64,000 bases of DNA from Cyanobacteria bacterium P01_F01_bin.150 (lineage in GTDB: Bacteria > Cyanobacteriota > Cyanobacteriia > CAKZMO01), in contig JBCCYL010000006.1 in NCBI GenBank assembly GCA_039189765.1, forward strand, positions 64,001 to 128,000, written 5' to 3'. Under the pieces are notes generated by a model. That model was not told the DNA's origin. It worked only from the letters and a program-made list of their open reading frames with translations, and did not search any database. Both the position numbers and the translations under genes were made by a program. Positions 40,702 through 49,973 of this stretch are shown piece by piece (the first letter of the stretch is position 1; each line of letters begins with the position of its first letter).

Positions 40702-41394
40702 TCAAGTCAAAGCAGCAATAGGAGCGGGTAATTCCTTAGTACTTTCCAATACACGATCGATAATGCCGTATTCTTTAGCCTCTTCTGGATTCATATAAAA
40801 CATGCGATCGCTATCTTTAATCAGCTTATCCACTGGCTGTCCCGTATTTCGGGTCAAAATTTCGAACATCGCCTGTCGATTGTCCAATACCTCTTTGGCC
40901 CGAATCTGAATGTCTGTCGCCTGACCCCGTGCCCCGCTCTTCGGCTGATTCAGCACAATAGTCGCGTGGGGTAGGCTAGCTCGATAGCCCTTCGTTCCAG
41001 AGGACAATATCATGGCAGCTGTGCCCATTGCCTGGCCAATACAAATCGTATGAACAGGAGGTTTAATATAGTTGATGGTGTCACAGATGGCAAAGGCTTC
41101 AGTCTCAAACCCCACCGAATCTCCGGTGTACCATGACGTTCCGGTGGAATTGATGTAGAAAAAGATTGGCTTTTCCGCACTATCAAACTGCAGATAGAGC
41201 AGCTGAGCAATAATTAGCTTGGTCACATCCAAACCTAGCTGACGCTTGGCATCATCAGATGAAAAGAGAGGAAGCCCCAAGTAAACGATCCGCTCCTTGA
41301 GAAGCAACGAAGGAAGATCGGGGGGAGGAGTACGATAGAATGCGTCTCCGCCACCGCCATAGGGAGCTTGGATTGCTTTGATGGGTGAAGTCAT
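40702..41394 (-). CDS. clpR: ClpR non-catalytic subunit
   Basis: RTPPPDLPSLLLKERIVYLG, INSTGTSW..G..GFETEAFAI. Confidence 0.92.
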   Translation of the reverse strand: MTSPIKAIQAPYGGGGDAFYRTPPPDLPSLLLKERIVYLGLPLFSSDDAKRQLGLDVTKLIIAQLLYLQFDSAEKPIFFYINSTGTSWYTGDSVGFETEAFAICDTINYIKPPVHTICIGQAMGTAAMILSSGTKGYRASLPHATIVLNQPKSGARGQATDIQIRAKEVLDNRQAMFEILTRNTGQPVDKLIKDSDRMFYMNPEEAKEYGIIDRVLESTKELPAPIAALT

Positions 41395-41801
41395 AGTCTA
41401 CTTACAGCCTTAGTGCCTGATATCACGGCGATACGTATAACATAGTAACGTCTAACAGAGTAACGCGCCTGCGATCGCAACACATGGAGAGGTTTCCGTA
41501 CTGTTGCAGCAATATTTTTCTACAATCTCTGCTCTATTGTTTGGACATTTACTGTAAGCAAATGGTATGCGCGTGACGCAACCAAACCATCATTCGTGCT
41601 TTTGCTCTCAACATAACCACTCCATTTTTGAGAGACGTGTTGTAAGGCTCCATAAAACTAACAGTAAGAGGAAAGGCTTCACGTCTTTGCAACTCACCGC
41701 AAATGCATCTTTGCTTTTGGACAAAGACCAGCACCACAGTATAATTTTGCCAATTAGCCACCCGCTCAAAAGCGCTGTTCTCTATATTGTTCAACAAATT
41801 T

Positions 41802-42116
41802 ATGCCCATGTCTGAATCTTCTAGCGAGCAACAATCCTCCGATATTAGTCAATTACCTAATGCAAAAACAGTAGCTCCGCCACAAGAACCGAACCAGACC
41901 CAAATGTCTGCCGGAAATACTGTGCTCAGTTTTTTGAGCAGCGTTTTTACTGTAATTTTTCGATTGGGATTGCTAACAGTTGGTTCAGGTCTGGCACTAG
42001 TAGTGGGAATGGCGATCGCCACCATCAGACCTGCAGAAGTGACCGATGAACCACCTCTTTTAGAAACCGTTGTACAGCAGTTTGATCGCATTCGATCTTA
42101 CAAAATTAAGCCCTAG
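41802..42116 (+). CDS. small membrane protein, hypothetical
   Basis: Low-complexity N-terminus, FRLGLLTVGSGLALVVGMAIA TM segment, then PPLLE. Confidence 0.6.
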   Translation: MPMSESSSEQQSSDISQLPNAKTVAPPQEPNQTQMSAGNTVLSFLSSVFTVIFRLGLLTVGSGLALVVGMAIATIRPAEVTDEPPLLETVVQQFDRIRSYKIKP

Positions 42117-42375
42117 CCTTTGAGGCTTGGACATCTTTAACAAACTGTTTGTATCCAAGAAGAGTCTTTTCAGATTTGAGATCAGCGAGGGTATGAAACG
42201 TAACTTTTCGTTCACCCTGACATTTATCCCATTCAGCCTGAAGGCCCTTATGGCTACAGCGTCCTTCACTTAATTGTCGAAGAAGAGGCTCCCATCGTTT
42301 TTTAAAGGTGTGCATTTCACCGACATACAGCCGCAATTGTCCAAGGTTAATGACGGCGAAAATTCCTGACGTCAT
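42106..42375 (-). CDS. small GIY-YIG-like protein
   Basis: SGIFAVIN...LYVGE...RW...LQAEW pattern. Confidence 0.55.
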   Translation of the reverse strand: MTSGIFAVINLGQLRLYVGEMHTFKKRWEPLLRQLSEGRCSHKGLQAEWDKCQGERKVTFHTLADLKSEKTLLGYKQFVKDVQASKARA

Positions 42376-42556
42376 GGCTTGTCCTCTTAAGGCGAGACAT
42401 TAATTAAGCACTATCTTTCCTCTATGGTATTGCAAAAGACTCCCAGTCTAGCGATTGCATTAAGTGTTAATACCCCTGACATCTTGAGCTCAGAGAGATG
42501 AAGGTATATGAGCTTTAGTTTTGCGCTTTCGGTGGATTGACACCTTGGAGATCAGG

Positions 42557-44401
42557 ATGGGTAGTGCCGGATTTAATATTCAGATTGACTATCGCTTTGC
42601 AGGGGAGGATTTAAGCGATCAAAATAAACAAAAAATTGAAGAGGCTGCACGAATTTGGGAAAGCTTTATTGCCGATGATTTTGAAGATATCCCTGCAGGC
42701 ACTGAATTACCCATCACCAATCCAAGTACAGGAAACGTCGTAGACATTACCCTGAGTGAAGCGATTGATGATGTCTTAATTTTTGTTGGTGTCCAATCTT
42801 TATCAGGAGATGCGTTAGCAGAAGCGGGTCCAGAGACGTTTGTTGGAGAAGCCCGTACCGATGGCGCGGATTTCCAACCCTATGTAGGGACTATGACTCT
42901 CAATAAAGATATTTCATTTGTATCGGTTGATACGATCCTTCATGAAATGGCCCATGTGTTGGGCTTTGGCACATCAGATATTTTTTCTCAAAAAGCGGCT
43001 AATCTTAGCTTTGATGGTGCCACGGTTCGAGCAGTCAACAATAATTCACCCATTCCTTTAACATCAGATGAACACATTGAATCAACCTTTAAGCTTGCCA
43101 ATGGTTTGATTCCAACGATGAATCCAGCAGATGGTGCATCTGGATTACCCACTGTTATTGACCTAGCGCTTTTGGCGGATATTGGCTATGAGATTCCCGC
43201 CTTAGCCAATGCTGCTGTTGGGGCTCCAGTTCCTGTGGTGAACCATACGCTCCAGGGCACTGACGGAGATGATGGCACCCTAAGCGATCAGTTGCCCCTG
43301 GCAGGCTTAAATGGGGCAGATACCATTTTGGGTGGTAAGGGCAACGACGTGATTATGGGAGCCTATATTCACCTCACGGACCTAGACAGCGATAGCGACG
43401 ATCGGCTTGATGGAGGTGAGGGTAATGACACCATTGAGGGCGGAGGCGGTGATGACCTGATTATTGGCGGTCCCGGCAATGATGAACTGTACGGCGAGGG
43501 GATTACAGGGGAGCGAGAGGACTATGTGGGCGAGCTATTCTCCGTGACCTACAGCCCCACAGGAAAAGATACCTTTGCCTTTCATTTAGGCAGCGGTGCA
43601 GATATCATCCATGATTTTGGTGTTGATTATGATTTTATTCAAATTGACCCTGGCTATGGATTTTCCACGCCAGCAGATCTATTGAATCAATTAACCACGG
43701 TCCAATCCTTATCCAACAATCGCACCCAGTCCACCCTAGATTTGGGTAATGGGAATCAAATTACGATTAACCATGATAAGCCGCTCACAGAAGCCAACTT
43801 CAGAGTTGAAAGCGTTCCGACCCTTAGTCTAGAAACCGCACCAAGTACCTCTCCAAGTAGTAATACGTCTGACAATGACAATAATGATTCTCCCCACTTG
43901 GCTCAGGGCAGTGATGGTCCCGATCGCCTCTTCGGTAATGAAAATACAGGCGATCGCATTCTCGGCGGTGAGGGAAACGATCGCATTCGTGGGCTATCTG
44001 GGCCAGATCGGCTGGTGGGTGGCAACGGCAATGACAGGCTATTTGGCGATGAAGATAATGATACACTGCTGGGAAATAATGGCAACGATAAACTCGTCGG
44101 TGGAGATGGAGACGATAAACTCAAAGGGGGTCGGGGACGCGATCGCCTCGATGGTGGGCTTGGCGACGATGTGTTGATAGGTGGAGGTGGACGCGATCGC
44201 TTCTTCCTACGCGAAGATGAAGGCACAGATATTATTCGCGGCTTTCGTTTAGACCAAGATATTCTCAAATTTAGAGGCATTCAACCTGCCGATGTTGATT
44301 TTTTCCAAGACGGCAACGATACAATTATTAGCCTTGGAAACGAAGATTTAGCGATTGTCAAAAATATAGACGCCCTTGATCTAAAATTTTTCTTTGACTA
44401 A
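42557..44401 (+). CDS. secreted zinc metalloprotease with RTX Ca-binding repeats
   Basis: HEMAHVLGFG zincin motif, downstream H and Met-turn-like M, DIGY, and two blocks of GGxGxD repeats. ATG at 42557 after GGAG. Confidence 0.82.
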   Translation: MGSAGFNIQIDYRFAGEDLSDQNKQKIEEAARIWESFIADDFEDIPAGTELPITNPSTGNVVDITLSEAIDDVLIFVGVQSLSGDALAEAGPETFVGEARTDGADFQPYVGTMTLNKDISFVSVDTILHEMAHVLGFGTSDIFSQKAANLSFDGATVRAVNNNSPIPLTSDEHIESTFKLANGLIPTMNPADGASGLPTVIDLALLADIGYEIPALANAAVGAPVPVVNHTLQGTDGDDGTLSDQLPLAGLNGADTILGGKGNDVIMGAYIHLTDLDSDSDDRLDGGEGNDTIEGGGGDDLIIGGPGNDELYGEGITGEREDYVGELFSVTYSPTGKDTFAFHLGSGADIIHDFGVDYDFIQIDPGYGFSTPADLLNQLTTVQSLSNNRTQSTLDLGNGNQITINHDKPLTEANFRVESVPTLSLETAPSTSPSSNTSDNDNNDSPHLAQGSDGPDRLFGNENTGDRILGGEGNDRIRGLSGPDRLVGGNGNDRLFGDEDNDTLLGNNGNDKLVGGDGDDKLKGGRGRDRLDGGLGDDVLIGGGGRDRFFLREDEGTDIIRGFRLDQDILKFRGIQPADVDFFQDGNDTIISLGNEDLAIVKNIDALDLKFFFD

Positions 44402-44775
44402 AAACTATCAAGAATCTTCAACAAATTTTTCCGAATTTTTTCAATTTTCGTCCCTAGAAAGGATACTGATGGATATCTTCTCTAGGAGCTAATAATGCCT
44501 CATAGCGATCGCGTCTATTTTTGACTCGGGTAGGATGGCTTGCTAGGGCTGACCCATATTATCAAACGGGAGCCGCTTAAAACCTTCACTTCGATTTGAC
44601 ATCAAAGCGTAACAAGAATGTTAATATGCCATAGACTATTATTGTCAGAATTTATACCTCTTTCCTATTTATTATGCTAGTGATATTGCTTAATATTAGA
44701 GTTTTAATAGCTTTCGCTATATTGCTGAAATAATGAATTTCGTAAAAAGAGCCACAAATCTATCACCCACGATTA

Positions 44776-44906
44776 CAGCAATTCTCAGTTCGAAAATTTC
44801 ACCTAAAATTATTAGATATGCTGTCAATAGCAATCTCTAAAAGCCTCATCCTCTCGTGTCAGATTTCATATCTTACTGGGCTGCAAAGCTAAACTGAGAA
44901 TTGCTG
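44776..44906. mobile_element. MITE, 131 bp, perfect 15-bp TIR and 9-bp target-site duplication
   Basis: CCACGATTA | CAGCAATTCTCAGTT ... AACTGAGAATTGCTG | CCACGATTA. Confidence 0.9.
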
Positions 44907-45030
44907 CCACGATTATTAATAAATTGCGTAGTAATCTTAATTTTTATAAGCTAAATATTACAAAATTAAGATCTACTTTCTGTTATTATTAGCCGTGTTA
45001 AAAGCTTTCGGCAAAGTTAGACATACTGAT

Positions 45031-45711
45031 ATGTTTATAGATAAGAGTATTATCGATAATGTCCGTCATAACTATGAGAAAATATTGCTGTATCATCAGT
45101 ACCTCAAACACCTATTTATCACTTTAGACTGTCGATTAGAGTATGGAGACAATGGTAAGCGACTGTTGCCCCTTTCTTATAAAAGGTTATTTGCGAATTC
45201 CAGTGATTATGCCTTACATAGTGATCGCGAACGACCAGGTGAGTTATGGTTACCTCCATGGCATGGTCGATTTTATGTTGATGCAGATTGTTTAGAAGAT
45301 CAAGCTAATGTGCTCTCTATTGATGATTATCCTGCCACCCAGATTGAGTATTTAGCTTTTATTTGGACCTGGATTGGCTGTAATGATGCCTATGTTATGG
45401 ATCAGGAGCAACCCGAATGTTGGTTGGGTATTGTAAAGCCTCAACCTGTGGAACCGGTACCTTCCATTTATGATGTTGCGAATATGATCTGGAAGTTTAT
45501 CCGCGTTGAGAAAGATGCAATTGAAGAACAGGATAAAGGATGGATTAAGGGTCGTTTTTATCCCAATCATATGGGTTCTAAACTTAACGGGTACTGGAAA
45601 GTAAAACGCTTACCCTTAAGTAAACTTTCAAATATACATGGGATTCAACAACTGGTTGTTTCGTGTCTTACTGAAGAATTTAGAGCATTAGACATTTCTC
45701 CTAACTTCTAA
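45031..45711 (+). CDS. hypothetical protein, paralog 1 of tandem triplet
   Basis: ATG at 45031 aligns with the paralog 3 start (MFIDKS/MFVESS). Shares LEYG, W.GRFYVD, WIGC.D, PECW.G, IYDVA and GRFYPN motifs. Confidence 0.85.
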   Translation: MFIDKSIIDNVRHNYEKILLYHQYLKHLFITLDCRLEYGDNGKRLLPLSYKRLFANSSDYALHSDRERPGELWLPPWHGRFYVDADCLEDQANVLSIDDYPATQIEYLAFIWTWIGCNDAYVMDQEQPECWLGIVKPQPVEPVPSIYDVANMIWKFIRVEKDAIEEQDKGWIKGRFYPNHMGSKLNGYWKVKRLPLSKLSNIHGIQQLVVSCLTEEFRALDISPNF

Positions 45712-45892
45712 ACAAACAAAAAAAATTATGCTGTCAATACCTACTTTAATAATTATAATATGAGACTATTTAAAATATAGATTAAACGCGGAAAATAGCA
45801 TTATAAGTACCTAAATAATTAGGTTTTCATACAGTTTATAACTCACGCTATATTAACAACCATTAGCGTTTCATTTTACGAGAGGCTAGAAT

Positions 45893-46546
45893 ATGACTGA
45901 AGAGGTAAAAAATATACTAAGCGCTGCTGATACATATCACAATATGCTTGCATGCTATGAGTATATCAAAAAATTCTATACGACGTTAGATAAGCATCTT
46001 GAATATGGAGAAATAGGAAAGAAATTTTTACCGATTTCAAAGAATAGAATCTTCGTAGATTCAAACGACTATGCTTTATATAGCAAACATCCATATAGTG
46101 ATTGGTTATCACCGTGGTATGGTCGATTTTATGTTGACAACCACCATCTATCAACCAATTTTTCAATTGACGATCACTCTGTAAGTCAAGTGACACATTT
46201 AATCTTTGCATGGCTATGGATCGGCTGCAAAGATCCGCTGGTCCCTAATGCTGAGCATCCTGAGTGCTGGATTGGTGTAGTTGAAACTCAATCATCTAAT
46301 CCAGACGCTCGAATTTATGATGTTGCTGATATGATCTACAAATTTCTACGAATTGAAAGCAGCATTTCAGAAACTCCTGAAGGATGGGTTCGTGGACGTT
46401 TATTTCCTAATGATGTCGGATCCCAAGCAAGTGGTTTTTGGGAGCTAAAACGTTTTCCTCTGAAAAATATTTCTACACCCTATGACATTCATCATTGCAT
46501 TGTTGATCCATTGACTAAAAAATATGATGAAATTAGCAATAGATAA
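45893..46546 (+). CDS. hypothetical protein, paralog 2 of tandem triplet
   Basis: LDKHLEYGE, WLSPWYGRFYVD, WIGCKDP, PECWIG, RIYDVA. RBS GAGG. Confidence 0.85.
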   Translation: MTEEVKNILSAADTYHNMLACYEYIKKFYTTLDKHLEYGEIGKKFLPISKNRIFVDSNDYALYSKHPYSDWLSPWYGRFYVDNHHLSTNFSIDDHSVSQVTHLIFAWLWIGCKDPLVPNAEHPECWIGVVETQSSNPDARIYDVADMIYKFLRIESSISETPEGWVRGRLFPNDVGSQASGFWELKRFPLKNISTPYDIHHCIVDPLTKKYDEISNR

Positions 46547-46678
46547 TATATATCTATTGCAAGGTAATTTTTATAGAGATCATGGTAAAGTTCTCTATAT
46601 ATCATAAAAAATATTTTTTAAATAACTGAAAGCGTATTTATTGGCTATTGTTAATGTTGATTTCTTACAAGTTTAGAT

Positions 46679-47335
46679 ATGTTTGTAGAGAGCAGTTGGA
46701 TTGATAAAGCACCTGAAAGCTATAGGAATATGTTTGCTTACTATGAAGCAATCAAAACAATGTTTGAGACGCTAGATAAGCATCTTGAATATGGCGAGAG
46801 GGGCAAGCAGTTTTTACCATTGTCGAAAAATCAAGTTTTTGCTCACCATACCGATTTTGCGATGTATGATCAGCACCCTTACAATACCTGGCTATCGCCT
46901 TGGTATGGTCGCTTTTACATCGACAAGCACTGCTACGTAGAAAATTGTAATATTGATGATTATCTGGCTAAAGACGTGGGTCGCCTGGCGTTTGTTTGGG
47001 TATGGATGGGTTGCTATGATCCTTGTGTCGCCGATTCTAAAGAACCTGAGTGTTGGCTTGGAACGAGTGAACCGCAACCATCTGACCCAACGCTTCGAAT
47101 TTATGATGTGGCTAAAATGATGTGGTCATTCTTTCGGGTAGAGACCACAACCGAGGGGGAAACCGAAGGATGGCTAAATGGTCGTTTTTACCCAAATGAT
47201 TGTGGCTCTCAGCTAAATGGTCCTTGGAAAATAAGGCGCTTTCCCTTTGTGGATATTACTACTCCATACGGTATCGACAGATGTATTGTTGCACCTCTCA
47301 CTAAAGAGTTCCAATCATCACACAATAATAATTAA
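46679..47335 (+). CDS. hypothetical protein, paralog 3 of tandem triplet
   Basis: LDKHLEYGE, WLSPWYGRFYID, WMGCYDP, PECWLG, RIYDVA, GRFYPND. Confidence 0.85.
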   Translation: MFVESSWIDKAPESYRNMFAYYEAIKTMFETLDKHLEYGERGKQFLPLSKNQVFAHHTDFAMYDQHPYNTWLSPWYGRFYIDKHCYVENCNIDDYLAKDVGRLAFVWVWMGCYDPCVADSKEPECWLGTSEPQPSDPTLRIYDVAKMMWSFFRVETTTEGETEGWLNGRFYPNDCGSQLNGPWKIRRFPFVDITTPYGIDRCIVAPLTKEFQSSHNNN

Positions 47336-47369
47336 GTCCAAGGCTGGTTTGCCTGAATTCTCATTGTAG

Positions 47370-48353
47370 ATGTCTGTAGCTGTATCCACCATGCAAAAAC
47401 GATTATTAGGTCAATCCAGCGTACACATCACTCCTATCCTCATGGGTACCTGGCAAGCAGGGCGGGATATGTGGGTTGATATTGATGATGCTGCAACGAC
47501 TAAAGCAATTCGAGCTGCGGTGGAGGCAGGGATGACAACGATTGATACTGCTGAAGAATATGGTGAGGGCTATTCCGAACGCATCATTGCTCAGGCGTTA
47601 AACGGTTGGCCTAGAGATCAGGTAGAGCTTACATCTAAAGTTTTTTCAAACCATCTCAGTTATGACCAGGTTCTGGATGCTTGCGATCGCTCCTTAAAAA
47701 ACCTCCAGACGGATTACCTGGACTTCTACCAAATCCACTGGCCTGCTGGTTCCTTTGATAGCGAGATGGTGCCGATAGCTGAAACAATGCAGGCTCTAAA
47801 TAAGCTGAAAGCTCAGGGCAAAATCCGAGCGATTGGAGTCTCAAACTTTTCTCTGGCCCAGTTGAAAGACGCTTGCCGATATGGACAAATTGACAGTGTC
47901 CAATCAGCATACTCGCTTTTCTGGCGTCAGATTGAACCAGATATCACTCATTACTGTATTGATCACCAAATAACAATCCTAGCCTATTCTTCTTTAGCCC
48001 AAGGTTTATTAACGGGGAAGTTTGGCTTTAACCATCAGCTACCTGAGGGGGATAACCGAGCCGATAACAAACTTTTTCAAGGGCAAAACTATCATCATGC
48101 TCTACAGGCAATTGAACAGCTGCGACCCATAGCTGAGCACTATCGATGTACGCTTGCCCAGCTCTCGCTCGCCTGGTTAATTCTCCAACCACAAACTTGC
48201 GCGATCGCAGGGGCGCGCAATATGAACCAAGCACTGGATAACGCTGGAGCTGTTGCCGTGCGTTTAAGTAAAGAAGACATCCACTCAATTGATAGAATTG
48301 GGAGAGGGGTAACAGACTATCTAGACGACAATCCAGTCATGTGGAATTGGTAG
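47370..48353 (+). CDS. aldo/keto reductase
   Basis: IDTAEEYG.G.SE, SLKNLQTDYLDFYQIHWP, GKIRAIGVSNFS, YSSLAQGLLTGK. Confidence 0.93.
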   Translation: MSVAVSTMQKRLLGQSSVHITPILMGTWQAGRDMWVDIDDAATTKAIRAAVEAGMTTIDTAEEYGEGYSERIIAQALNGWPRDQVELTSKVFSNHLSYDQVLDACDRSLKNLQTDYLDFYQIHWPAGSFDSEMVPIAETMQALNKLKAQGKIRAIGVSNFSLAQLKDACRYGQIDSVQSAYSLFWRQIEPDITHYCIDHQITILAYSSLAQGLLTGKFGFNHQLPEGDNRADNKLFQGQNYHHALQAIEQLRPIAEHYRCTLAQLSLAWLILQPQTCAIAGARNMNQALDNAGAVAVRLSKEDIHSIDRIGRGVTDYLDDNPVMWNW

Positions 48354-48437
48354 AACGAAGTTCGCTGATATCCTCTCCGACCAAAAGGCGCGAAAATTCT
48401 TCGCCAAGCCATAATCGCAATTCCCTCATCAGCCACC

Positions 48438-49463
48438 CTACGTTAGCCAATCAATAATTTCTGCTTTAGGCGGCAACTGGGCCTGACGCTGACCATAGGA
48501 ACGAGCTTGGGTACAAAACAACCCAACAGGAGTGTTGACCACATCAATCCAGTCCCCCTGCCCCATGATCATGCTAACAACGGCGGAGGGAAGTTCTTTA
48601 ATAGCCCAACGACTCCAGCGATAAATGTAATCCCGGCCAGTGAGGTCACGGGTTAGGTTGATATTATGCAGAGCATGGAGATATCGATTAGAACGTCCGT
48701 AGCGCTGCCACTGTTTTTTCAGTTCTTGCAGGGTAGATCGGTGGCGATGTTTAACAATCGCTTCTTGGGAAAATTCAATACGCCACTCGCCACTGTCCAA
48801 AATACGCCAGCACATATCCGCATCTCCGCCTGTGGTGAGATAAGGACGAAAGAGGCCAGAGTGATTAAAAATAGAGCGGCGAATCGCTAGATTCGCCGTT
48901 TGACCGTAGGGTCGAAAGGGGTGAGCAAGGGTATGTTTCTGAGATAGGGTTTCTTGGCGATCGGCGATCGCTTCCAGCAAACTACAGCTAGGCAATGCTT
49001 TGACTTCCCCAGCCACTAAACCCACTTTTAATGAGGGGTCAGAATCTTCTTGAACAGAGAGCTTTTGATTGAGTACAGTTTCTGATTCTGGGTCAGAGAG
49101 AAAAGGCTGAACTAGATTTTCAAGCCAAGTCGCATCAGGGCGGCAATCAGCATCAGTAAATGCAATGATATCTCCCTTAGCTTGTTTAATACCCAGATTC
49201 CGAGCGGCATAGGAGCTTTGAATCTGGCATTCCTGTAATACCTTTAAATTAAGTCCCCTGGCTTTTCCTTGTTGGGCATAGGATTGCAGCAAGGTATGGG
49301 TGCGATCGCGGCTATTATTGTCTACCAGCAGATATTCCACCCGTTGAGAATGGTAGGTCTGCCGCCATAGACAAGCCATTAAATCTGGCAAATCATCTTC
49401 ACCGTTATAAATGGGAATAACGACCGACACAGACGGCCATAGGGACGGTACGGATACGGTCAT
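48438..49463 (-). CDS. glycosyltransferase family 2
   Basis: SVVIPIYN, VDNNSRD, YAARNLG, FTDADC, GGDAD. Confidence 0.9.
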   Translation of the reverse strand: MTVSVPSLWPSVSVVIPIYNGEDDLPDLMACLWRQTYHSQRVEYLLVDNNSRDRTHTLLQSYAQQGKARGLNLKVLQECQIQSSYAARNLGIKQAKGDIIAFTDADCRPDATWLENLVQPFLSDPESETVLNQKLSVQEDSDPSLKVGLVAGEVKALPSCSLLEAIADRQETLSQKHTLAHPFRPYGQTANLAIRRSIFNHSGLFRPYLTTGGDADMCWRILDSGEWRIEFSQEAIVKHRHRSTLQELKKQWQRYGRSNRYLHALHNINLTRDLTGRDYIYRWSRWAIKELPSAVVSMIMGQGDWIDVVNTPVGLFCTQARSYGQRQAQLPPKAEIIDWLT

Positions 49464-49691
49464 GAATCTAGGTCCTAGTGGAATATTCTGATTGCTATAG
49501 GGACTATTATCAATTCACCGTCTATTTTGGCTAGGGCAAATAGAGCATGACCTCCGTAGAATAAAGGATGTCACCGAAGAAATCTGCTTTATTTGGCTTT
49601 AAAGCGTTCAACGTTAGAATGCCAGGAGATAGAAGTCCATATAGGGGAGTACTGTCCTTCAATCTAGAATTACAAATAGTGAGGTGCAACT

Positions 49692-49970
49692 GTGAATGAG
49701 GTGGGCGATCGCGATAATATCCAAGACAATCAGTTTGAAAAAGATAAAGCTGCACAAAAAGAAAAGTTTCTATTTCCCCAAAGCCGCTATCGCGGTGACT
49801 TTACACCAGAGAATTTAGCGTTCAACTCCAATTTGCAGGAGTTCGCTCAAAAAGCTTCCATTATCTGTAATCTGGAGACCAATGGAAAAATCACGCCGGA
49901 GGATGCCTATAAGCAAATTAAGGCACTGTGGAAGGAGCTAAAGCAGTCTAAGAAAGAGCTTCTAGATTAA
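49692..49970 (+). CDS. conserved small cyanobacterial hypothetical protein
   Basis: FLFP.SRYRGDFTPENLAFNSNLQEFAQK...LETNGKI...AY.QIK.LWK.LK. GTG start after GAGGT. Confidence 0.8.
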   Translation: MNEVGDRDNIQDNQFEKDKAAQKEKFLFPQSRYRGDFTPENLAFNSNLQEFAQKASIICNLETNGKITPEDAYKQIKALWKELKQSKKELLD

Positions 49971-49973
49971 TAG

